Positions 49,692 to 57,001 of a DNA stretch of 64,000 bases are shown here, piece by piece (position 1 is the stretch's first letter; each line of letters begins with the position of its first letter). Both the position numbers and the translations under genes were made by a program. Location: positions 114,678-178,677 of the forward strand of contig NGFI01000005.1 in the NCBI GenBank assembly GCA_002215645.1, given 5' to 3'. The notes beneath the pieces are model-generated. The model was given only the letters and a program-made list of their open reading frames with translations, had not been told where the DNA came from and ran no database searches. The DNA comes from Gemmatimonadetes bacterium 2013_60CM_65_52 (GTDB lineage: Bacteria > Gemmatimonadota > Gemmatimonadetes > Gemmatimonadales > Gemmatimonadaceae).

Positions 49692-51245
49692 CTATCTGTG
49701 GCGGCGCGCGCGGCCCGAGGGTTGGTAGAGATCCTCGAGATTCAGGAGAAATGCGTGCCGCCTCGCGGCTCGGACGGTCTTCTCGAACTCCGGGGTGAAT
49801 CCGCTCGCCGCGACCCACAGGAGTGGAGAATCTGGTTTGGAGGCTTTATGTGCCCAGGCGACGCCTGATGTCGCGAGGCGTTCGATCATCTGCATGTGGT
49901 GATGGTGCCACGCTACGCCGAGCGGCTTCTTGTTCCACTTCACGCCGCCCGTCATGACGCCGCCGTCGCTCAGGACGCATGCGATGTCCATCTCGAGCGA
50001 GGCGCCGTCACGGTCGCGGCCCTCCCATCTCCCCCACTCTCGTACCATGGGAAGCTTCAGTCTAGTCCGGAGACGTGTGTAGGCCTGCTCCGCGATCTGC
50101 TCAAACACCGGCCCCATGTACGTGTCGAGCACGGGCGCGATGTGGGCGTTCCACACGTCCTTTGGGCTGTTGCGCTCGAGCACCGTTTCGAACTTGGACA
50201 CGTACTCGTGGTGGAACATGAAGGCGGGGTCAGCCAGGCGGTATCGGAACGGAACGGTTCCTTTTGCTCCGAGATTGCGCTCTGTCCTCACATAGCCCAT
50301 GGCGATGAGACGTTCGAGCTTCGAGCGCAGTGGTGTGTCCACGCCCAGTCCTGCGCGCTGTGCGATCTCATTGAGGTCCGTGCGGCCAGAGCCAATGGCA
50401 CGCATGATCGCCGTGTATTGCGTGGTCTCCCGAAGACTCTGCTCTTGCAGGAGCGCGGTGCGGACGAGCTCGCGCACTTCGCCGCTCGGCGCCAGCAGGA
50501 GTCGCGTTGCGTTGCCGGCAAGCGTCTCCCGCGGCTTGATGGTCGCGAGATAGCGTGGCGTACCTCCGAAGAGCCCGTACGTGTAGCAGCGGTCGCGCAG
50601 TCGGCGGAAGGGGACCATCTCCGCAGTGGTCCAGTAGTCGAACGGCTGGATCTGTCGCTTCCAGGCAAATCGCCCGTGGAGGGGCGCTCCTCCGGCATCG
50701 AGTGCCTCGAGCGTTCTGGTTGCGGAGCCCGACAGGACACACACCAATGGGCGCGCGGGCCTGCGGCGCTCCCACGCTGCATTGAGCTCGGATGCGACAC
50801 CGGACAATGCTGTCTCGGTCTCGCCGAGATATTGAAACTCGTCGAGCACCACGACGATGGGGGCGGGGCTTCTGAAATCGAAGAGCAGACGAAAGACGGT
50901 CCGCCACGTTGGGTAGTCCTCGTGTCGCAACGGCTCCCCCGACCACTGGGCCAGATCGGCAATGAGCTGTTGACGATTTTGCTCGGGCGTCGTTGCCGAG
51001 GCGGTGAAGTAGAACGCCCGATCCGTTGGCCAGAGATGCGTGAGCAGGTGCGTCTTGCCCACTCGCCGGCGGCCATAGATGAGGACGAGCTGCGGCGTTC
51101 CCTCGGCCAGAAGCGACGACAGGTGGTCCTGCTCTTCCGCACGGTCGATGATCGCGCTGGACAATGGCGCCGATGTTATGGGGGGGGTCTCTACTACTAT
51201 ACAAGTATACTTGTACAGTAGCATAGTTGTCTGCCGGGGGGGCAC
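49692..51245 (-). CDS. ATP-binding protein, archaeal-type ATPase (PF01637-like) with DUF234 C-terminal domain
   Basis: The GTG at 51245 lies 6 nt after GGGAG. ...IDRAEEQDHLSSLLAEGTPQLVLIYGRRRVGKTHLL is the Walker A region. VVVLDEFQYL is Walker B. A winged-helix-like middle region follows. The C-terminal LEMDIACVLSDGGVMTGGVKWNKKP looks like a PD-(D/E)xK motif. Confidence 0.85.
   Translation of the reverse strand: MPPRQTTMLLYKYTCIVVETPPITSAPLSSAIIDRAEEQDHLSSLLAEGTPQLVLIYGRRRVGKTHLLTHLWPTDRAFYFTASATTPEQNRQQLIADLAQWSGEPLRHEDYPTWRTVFRLLFDFRSPAPIVVVLDEFQYLGETETALSGVASELNAAWERRRPARPLVCVLSGSATRTLEALDAGGAPLHGRFAWKRQIQPFDYWTTAEMVPFRRLRDRCYTYGLFGGTPRYLATIKPRETLAGNATRLLLAPSGEVRELVRTALLQEQSLRETTQYTAIMRAIGSGRTDLNEIAQRAGLGVDTPLRSKLERLIAMGYVRTERNLGAKGTVPFRYRLADPAFMFHHEYVSKFETVLERNSPKDVWNAHIAPVLDTYMGPVFEQIAEQAYTRLRTRLKLPMVREWGRWEGRDRDGASLEMDIACVLSDGGVMTGGVKWNKKPLGVAWHHHHMQMIERLATSGVAWAHKASKPDSPLLWVAASGFTPEFEKTVRAARRHAFLLNLEDLYQPSGRARRHR
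51194..51221. repeat. 28-bp near-perfect palindrome (core TACAAGTATACTTGTA) inside the first codons of the ATPase gene
   Basis: CTACTATACAAGTATACTTGTACAGTAG has a perfect 16-bp core at 51200-51215 and one mismatched pair in the flanks. It is flanked by G8 (51180-51187) and G7 (51235-51241) runs. Confidence 0.6.
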
Positions 51246-51263
51246 GCAGCACTCCCAAAGGAG

Positions 51264-51305
51264 AACTATACTAGCATACTAGTATACCTCTATACTAGTA
51301 TAGTT
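51264..51305. promoter_or_regulatory. AT-rich nested palindromes / TATACTAG repeats; candidate promoter-operator of the ATPase gene
   Basis: AACTATACTAG-CATACTAGTATAC-CTCTATACTAGTATAGTT contains a 10-bp palindrome ATACTAGTAT (51276-51285) and a 14-bp palindrome CTATACTAGTATAG (51290-51303). The outer arms AACTATACTAG / CTAGTATAGTT are also inverted repeats. Three CTAG tetramers occur within 42 bp of a high-GC genome. Confidence 0.5.
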
Positions 51306-51355
51306 TCCCCCAGGAGCAGCTCTTCAGTCCCGCCCTGGTGTCCGCCGCGGCCCGC

Positions 51356-52948
51356 TCACGCCCCCACTCCTCGCAGGCGCGGCAATGCCTCGATGACAGC
51401 ATCGCGGCCAAGCCCCAGGAGCTCGTGCCGCGCGATCAGCGTGTCGAGGTCCACGGCATAGAGGTTCCTGCGCTGTGGATCTGCCAGCCCGGCCACGTTC
51501 CGCGGCGCAATCGCGTCCGCCATCCACGCCACGAAAGCCTGACGGTCCTCCGGGCTGCCCCGGTCCCCTCGACGACGCGTGATATGCCGCAGACGCCCGA
51601 GACTCTCCCGCGGGAGGGCATCCAACACAGGGTCTTCCACGCCGAGGAAGCCATGCCATGGCGCGGACTCATCCGGGACGAGTCGCTGCCGCGCCTCCGC
51701 AAACGAGACCGCGCTGAAATAGAGCATCGCCTGCGCGGCGAAGAGATCGAAGTGCGACATCGCCTCGTACGCCCCGGCGACGACGAGATCGACCTGATCC
51801 GCCTCCGCGCCCAGCGCCGCATTGTAGCGCTCAAGCATCTCCGCGCTCGGCACCCGGTGGCCGCCAACGGCAGACTCGAACGCGAGCGCGAGCCGCTCCA
51901 CCGCGCGAAGTCCCCACGCGATGCCTGTCGAGAAGAGTGGATCCACGAACGCGAATGCATGAGGCATCAGCACCCAGCGCTCGCCCGCCGCGCGCGCGAG
52001 CCGATGCTGAATGGCTGGCTGATGCTTGATGGGCATCAACGGCCTGGCGTCGGCGAAGACACGTTCGAGTGTGGGATACCGGCGGAGCAGGGTGCGCCAG
52101 AGCGACGCCGCATCTGCGTCGCCCGCGTGCAGGGTCGCCATGCCGCGCGGAGTGAGCAGAAATCCGGCGCTGGTGACCCCGTGGTCGAAGCGAAGCGAAT
52201 ACATCCAGCCTTCGTCGATCACATGGTGCACGGCAGCCCAATCGTCGGGATACGGCCCGTCCGGCAGGCCGGGCTCGACGTCACGCATCAACTGCACTCC
52301 GTCGAAGTGGCTCCAGACGAGCGCCGATCGTGTCTCGGTGCGTTCGAGCCCGGATGGAATGGAAAGCTGCCGTGCGAGAAAGCCGCCCGGACCGGACGCA
52401 TCGATGAGAAAGGTCGCGCTCAGCGTGAACGCGATACCCTCGCGGTTTGCGCACAACAGTACACCATCCGAATCGATCTCCGCGCTCGTCACCTCGACGC
52501 GATCCCGATAATCCACGCCCGCCGCGACGGCCTGACGGACGAAGTGATGATCGACGTCGGCGCGCACCCAATGGGTGTCGCCAAGCGCGTCAATCGGACT
52601 TGCGGCGACCAGCAGCCGCTCCGAGTCCAGCCCGCGATTCGCGAAGGATTCTCCCGGATGATGACGGTAGAACGTGAAGCCTCGCTTCAGCCCGCGACGG
52701 AGCTCCGGAAAATGATCGAGCCATCGTCCGTGCGTCGCCAATTGATAACAGTCGTCCAGCCCGTAACGGACACCGAGCCGCTCCAGTGACAGATTGGCGA
52801 GCGGGGTGGAGGACTCGCCGATGGCGAAGCGTGGATGCGTACTGCGCTCGAGCAACACGACGTCGTAGCCGAGCACCGCGAGGCAGCGCGCCATGAGCGA
52901 TCCGGCGAATCCACTTCCGACGATCGCGACCTCGCAACGCTCCGTCAC
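51356..52948 (-). CDS. FAD-dependent oxidoreductase, flavin-dependent halogenase/monooxygenase-like
   Basis: The GTG at 52948 overlaps the upstream stop (GTGA). Motifs are VAIVGSGFAGS (GxGxxG), PRFAIGESS and FVDPLFSTGI (the FxxPxxSxG motif of halogenase-like flavoproteins). The WxWxIP position is degenerate (GWMYSLRF). Confidence 0.8.
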   Translation of the reverse strand: MTERCEVAIVGSGFAGSLMARCLAVLGYDVVLLERSTHPRFAIGESSTPLANLSLERLGVRYGLDDCYQLATHGRWLDHFPELRRGLKRGFTFYRHHPGESFANRGLDSERLLVAASPIDALGDTHWVRADVDHHFVRQAVAAGVDYRDRVEVTSAEIDSDGVLLCANREGIAFTLSATFLIDASGPGGFLARQLSIPSGLERTETRSALVWSHFDGVQLMRDVEPGLPDGPYPDDWAAVHHVIDEGWMYSLRFDHGVTSAGFLLTPRGMATLHAGDADAASLWRTLLRRYPTLERVFADARPLMPIKHQPAIQHRLARAAGERWVLMPHAFAFVDPLFSTGIAWGLRAVERLALAFESAVGGHRVPSAEMLERYNAALGAEADQVDLVVAGAYEAMSHFDLFAAQAMLYFSAVSFAEARQRLVPDESAPWHGFLGVEDPVLDALPRESLGRLRHITRRRGDRGSPEDRQAFVAWMADAIAPRNVAGLADPQRRNLYAVDLDTLIARHELLGLGRDAVIEALPRLRGVGA

Positions 52949-53889
52949 GACGCGCACTCCGCGCACGCGACCCGCGGCTCTGATCGCCCCGACACGTTGA
53001 GCCGACGAAGTCGCTGAAGCCGAGCCGGCCGACATGTGTCACACGCCGCAAGGCGCTCCGCGTCCCAGCAATCGGCCGTCACGACACCCGGGCCGAGAAA
53101 CAGGCACTGGTCGAGGGCCGATTCGAGCTCCGTCAACGTCGGCGACGTGAAGTGGCCGAGCGACGCAAGACGCTCCAGCTCCCCATTGCCTCCTCGCACG
53201 GGGATGATCGACACGACGGCCGCCCCTCGTGCGAGAGCATACTCGACGCTCCGCATGGTCCACTCCACGCTCTCCTCCGCGCGAACGTACGGCGTTCCGA
53301 GCAGCACGAAGACGCGAAGGTCGATGTCGTGGGCGGCCAGATCGTCCGCCGCGCGATCAAACCGATCGAAGTCGAGTCGCTTGTTCAGGTGCGCCATTGC
53401 GTCAGCATGGACGGTCTCCAGTCCGATGGCCACCTCGAGCCGGCCGTTCAAGCGGCGCGCGAAGTCAACCACATCCGGTCCGATGCCCCTCGCGTGCGAC
53501 TCTACAGTGATGCCCGTGAACGGTGCCGCGAGCGCGGCGATGGCGGCATGATCCGCGATCGGCACGGCTCTTCGGTCGAAGAAGTTGCTCGCATTGTACA
53601 GTTTGAGTCGGTCGGGAGACGGTTCGCCGAGCGTGCCAAGAACATCCTCGAGCTGACGAACCAGCGCGCCGTTCGGCGTTGCGCCGTCAATCGTCCACTG
53701 CCAGAGGTCGCAGAACGAGCAGGTGAACGGACATTCCGCGCCGGCGAGAAAGACGGTGAGTGCGCGCTCGATCGTAGCGCCGGGGCGCCGCTCCTCGTCG
53801 ATCACCGACCCGTGCGCCTTGTACGGATCGACCTTCGGCTTCGGCGGACGCAAGCTCCGGATCCGCCGGTCGGCGGCAGATCCGCTCAC
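52945..53889 (-). CDS. radical SAM enzyme (small, about 314 aa)
   Basis: The GTG at 53889 overlaps the upstream stop (GTGA). The CX3CX2C motif is AECPFTCSFCDLW, followed by LKLYNASNFFD and IGLETVHADAMAHLNKRLDFDRF. There is an extra C-terminal CxxC...CxxC (ACDTC...ACAEC). Confidence 0.85.
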   Translation of the reverse strand: MSGSAADRRIRSLRPPKPKVDPYKAHGSVIDEERRPGATIERALTVFLAGAECPFTCSFCDLWQWTIDGATPNGALVRQLEDVLGTLGEPSPDRLKLYNASNFFDRRAVPIADHAAIAALAAPFTGITVESHARGIGPDVVDFARRLNGRLEVAIGLETVHADAMAHLNKRLDFDRFDRAADDLAAHDIDLRVFVLLGTPYVRAEESVEWTMRSVEYALARGAAVVSIIPVRGGNGELERLASLGHFTSPTLTELESALDQCLFLGPGVVTADCWDAERLAACDTCRPARLQRLRRLNVSGRSEPRVACAECAS

Positions 53890-55217
53890 ACCATGGCCGC
53901 GTGCAGCGCCTCGAAATGCTTGCGGTAGCGGACTTCGTTCTGCGGGAACAGGCGGCTGACGTGCGCCGCCGCCACGGATCCATGCTGGAATCGACGCTTC
54001 GTGAACACCGGCATCTCGATGCCGAGCACGGAGCGGATCCCGCGTGAGACGATTTCACCCTTCAACGCATAGAGCCGCTCGTGCGAGCCGTGCGTCAGCT
54101 CGGCAAACGGAATCGCTTCCGCCACGGCGATGACCGCTGGACGCGTGTACGGACTGAACCCTTCGAACCCGTACTCGCGCGCGCATGCGTAGCTCCGCAC
54201 GCACGCGCGGCTGTACCCACCCGAGTACGTGAGCGAGTGCTTGATCGACTCGACGCCCCATCCCTCCTGATACAGCATGCGATTGTTGACGACGCTGCGG
54301 ATCGTCAGCTCGCTATTCTCCTCGATGGGATAGTCCTTGAGGTTCTCGTCGCCGCCGTCGCCGTCCACCAGGAGGCGCCACTGGGGGTAGCGGCCGCGGA
54401 TGGCAGCCAGCAGGCCGAGGTTCACGGCGGCACACTCGACGTCGAGCGGTTTGTAGTCTTCTATGACCGCCACGGCACGCAAGGGATCCAGTGCGCTCGA
54501 AGGGACGCCGATAGTCTCGCCGAGCATCTCGAGATTTGTACGCCGCAGGAATTCGCGCGCCTGTTGCGCGTCGTCGCCCCCACCGTCGATGGACAGCGTA
54601 AAGGCCTTGAGTCGCGCCGCCGATTGTCCCTCGTTCAACAGCAGGGCAGACAGGCAGAGCAGAACGGCGCCACTGTCGATTCCTCCCGAGAACGGAACGC
54701 CGATCGGCGTCGAGGCGTCATGTGCTGCGAGCCACCGGCGCAGTTCCTCGTACAGCGCCTCGATGTAGCGTCGCCCGATCACGTCGAGATCCGCGGGAAG
54801 TGTTCCACGCGCCGGGTCGAAGAAACGCTGATGGATCGGGTTCGGATCGGGGCAGCCGACCAGGCGCAGCGTCGTGGTGTGGTGGGCGGGCACCATGCGC
54901 GTGTAGCTCGGATGGAACTGGTCGGCCCAGCCATGTCGCGATAGCTCCGACGCGATCTCGTCGATTCGCTCGGCGACGATCAGCACGGGTCCGTCCGCGG
55001 CCTTGGCCAGGAAGTAGCGGAGCGGGCGGTCGAGACTCCGCGCGAGTATCACGCGCTCGTCCTGCTGTGCGACAAGTGCGAAGGAGCCCTGGATGCCGAG
55101 GAGTCCGTTCGCATCGGCCGCGAGCAACTGCCGCGTCGCCTCCGCGTGTGTCGCATTCCAGAGGCGTTGTGACTCGGGACCAATGAGATTGATGACGCGG
55201 GCGACGGGATAAAGCAT
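53886..55217 (-). CDS. asparagine-synthetase-like PP-loop adenylating enzyme lacking a functional glutaminase domain
   Basis: PFSGGIDSGAVLLCL is the SGGxDS PP-loop and LVDGDGGDENLKDY is the AsnB-type motif. Only a remnant of the N-terminal Ntn domain is present (GSFALVAQQDERVILARSLDRPLRYFL), and there is no Cys2. The ATG at 55217 is chosen; the frame stays open up to a GTG at 55397. Confidence 0.8.
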   Translation of the reverse strand: MLYPVARVINLIGPESQRLWNATHAEATRQLLAADANGLLGIQGSFALVAQQDERVILARSLDRPLRYFLAKAADGPVLIVAERIDEIASELSRHGWADQFHPSYTRMVPAHHTTTLRLVGCPDPNPIHQRFFDPARGTLPADLDVIGRRYIEALYEELRRWLAAHDASTPIGVPFSGGIDSGAVLLCLSALLLNEGQSAARLKAFTLSIDGGGDDAQQAREFLRRTNLEMLGETIGVPSSALDPLRAVAVIEDYKPLDVECAAVNLGLLAAIRGRYPQWRLLVDGDGGDENLKDYPIEENSELTIRSVVNNRMLYQEGWGVESIKHSLTYSGGYSRACVRSYACAREYGFEGFSPYTRPAVIAVAEAIPFAELTHGSHERLYALKGEIVSRGIRSVLGIEMPVFTKRRFQHGSVAAAHVSRLFPQNEVRYRKHFEALHAAMV

Positions 55218-55671
55218 ATGAGGACGGCGACCAGCGCCGAACAGAGTTGAACACGCGTCGCGCGCAGCGACGCTGCTGGTCGAATCTACCCGGGCGCTCC
55301 GTCGCGCTGCCACTGTGGCGGCGCCGACCGCCCGGACACCGGCGTCGCTGACGCCTGGAACCCTCAGTGTCGTGGCGTCCGCGCAACAACTCGACACGTG
55401 GGGCGCCAGACAGTCGAAGATTCAAGAAACCAAACGCGTTGTCGTCGTTGCCGTTACTCATGCGGACCACGTTTCGTCCATTGGTCACGCGGCTTGCATC
55501 AGTGGCGCGCGGGTCGGAGCGGAGCACGGAAGGGCTTCGTGACCGGCATCACACATCACGCAAGCACGTCGCATGACACGGTTCATGTGATGGTGTCGCG
55601 AGAGGGCGCCCGGTCGCAGGACCGTGGCGCTCTCGTCCATTTCGGGACCTGCTTTCGGGGCCCGCGCCCGA

Positions 55672-56226
55672 TCAGCCCGGCCGCTGCCGCGCACTGACCT
55701 CGGCCAGCCACTCACGTTCCGTCTCCATCAGGCGCAAACCGAGCCGCACCACCATCGCGGCGTCCGAGCTCGCCGACGTCTCGGCGATGACCGCCGCAAG
55801 CGCCGCGCGATCTTCCTCGATCTGCTCACTCAGGAACCGATGACGGCGACGCACCTGTTCCACGAAGTCCTTCGAGGTGGCCTGCCACGCCAACACCATC
55901 CACGTGACGAACGGCGGCGGAGGACGCTGAGTGGACCAGTCCGCACGCCCCAGCGAACGGGTGAGGGCACGATGTCCCGACGCAGATGGCCGCAGCACTC
56001 GCCGCTCGGGACCGAGCGCGACGTCGTGATCTCCAGCGGCCACGAGGTAGCCGGCGCGGGACATCTTGTTGAGCGAGTAGTACACCTGCGGGCGCGACAG
56101 GGCGGCCCATTTCCAGACGTGCCGCCGCATCAGCTCCGCCCACAGTTCGTACCCGTGCATGGGACGCTCGGCGAGCATGCTCAGGACGACGAGATCGGCG
56201 ACCGACAACTCGGTGCCTCGGGCCAT
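55672..56226 (-). CDS. PadR-family transcriptional regulator
   Basis: LVVLSMLAERPMHGYELWAELMRRHVWKWAALSRPQVYYSLNKMSRAGYL is the PadR winged-helix signature. A C-terminal helical dimerisation region follows. Confidence 0.88.
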   Translation of the reverse strand: MARGTELSVADLVVLSMLAERPMHGYELWAELMRRHVWKWAALSRPQVYYSLNKMSRAGYLVAAGDHDVALGPERRVLRPSASGHRALTRSLGRADWSTQRPPPPFVTWMVLAWQATSKDFVEQVRRRHRFLSEQIEEDRAALAAVIAETSASSDAAMVVRLGLRLMETEREWLAEVSARQRPG

Positions 56227-56240
56227 GCCAATTCCCTCCC

Positions 56241-56269
56241 TTGACGATGCTACAAGTCTAATTTAGACT
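56241..56269 (+). promoter_or_regulatory. divergent promoter region with 7-1-7 palindrome (candidate PadR operator)
   Basis: TTGACG (56241-56246), a 17-nt spacer, then TAGACT (56264-56269). The perfect inverted repeat AGTCTAA-T-TTAGACT (56255-56269) overlaps the spacer and -10. GGAG lies 8 nt before the ATG at 56296. Confidence 0.45.
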
Positions 56270-56295
56270 AGTGATCCCGTCAACGGAGAAGTCCC

Positions 56296-56703
56296 ATGGC
56301 TGCACCATATGCTCTGCGCGCGCTGGCGCCTGTTCTCATCGTCGACGCGGTCGAGCCATGCGTCGCGTTCTGGAGTGAGAGGCTTGACTTCGCGAAGGAG
56401 AACGAAGTTCCCGGGCCGGATGGCAAGCTGGTCTTCGCCAGCGTAAAAAAGGATGGCGTGGAGATCATGTATCAGACGAAGGCGTCGGTGCTGTCCGACT
56501 ACCCCGGCACAGCCCAGGAGCTACAGGGACACAGCGTCGGGCTGTTCATTACGGTGCCGGCGGTCGCGGACCTCGACGTCATCGAACGGCGCACGAGCGG
56601 CGCACCGGTGGTGAAGCCGAGACATGATACGTTCTACGGCGCAACCGAGTTCTATATCCGCGAGCCGGGTGGGAACACGGTGGGATTTGCGGCCTTCAAG
56701 TAG
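56296..56703 (+). CDS. VOC-family protein (glyoxalase / bleomycin-resistance-like)
   Basis: 135 aa. LIVDAVEPCVAFWSERLDF... and C-terminal ...DTFYGATEFYIREPGGNTVGFA are typical of bleomycin-resistance/glyoxalase-fold proteins. Confidence 0.8.
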   Translation: MAAPYALRALAPVLIVDAVEPCVAFWSERLDFAKENEVPGPDGKLVFASVKKDGVEIMYQTKASVLSDYPGTAQELQGHSVGLFITVPAVADLDVIERRTSGAPVVKPRHDTFYGATEFYIREPGGNTVGFAAFK

Positions 56704-57001
56704 TGCGGTCTGTGAAGGTCGGTTCAAGTTCGCCAGATCGTCGGCGGGCACTCGCGCCGTCGGGCGGACGGGCTTACACGCAGCGAGCCCGCGCAAACTG
56801 CCGCGCGGTCTCTTGCTACGCGCGTCGCCCGACTCTACGAGCCCCCGCCTCCTTTCGATCTACCCTATCTCAGCGACGCAAGCGCGCGTTGTTACATCGG
56901 CACCCCGGTTCTGCCGCTTCGGCCCGAGCGTTCACGCGAAATCCCGCCGTCGGAAGGATCACGCGTTCCCGACCGTCTGCGCGACCGACTAAATTCTCGG
57001 C

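Noticed and set aside
54718-55527. 269-aa minus-strand ORF containing the MSNGNDDNAFGFLNLRL... start at 55461.
   Set aside because: After about 25 codons it becomes an Arg-rich off-frame read across the AsnB-like gene, so it is not a credible 248-aa protein. I kept only the short N-terminal part as a speculative precursor or frameshift candidate in the findings.
56704-57001. 298-nt gap before larE, checked for a tRNA or other ncRNA. It contains a T-loop-like GGTTCAAGT at about 56722.
   Set aside because: The flanks of the T-loop-like sequence are not complementary, so there is no T-stem, and no acceptor or anticodon arms could be built. Nothing recognisable was found. The track ORFs here (56703..57383 +, 56870..57448 -) are off-frame shadows.
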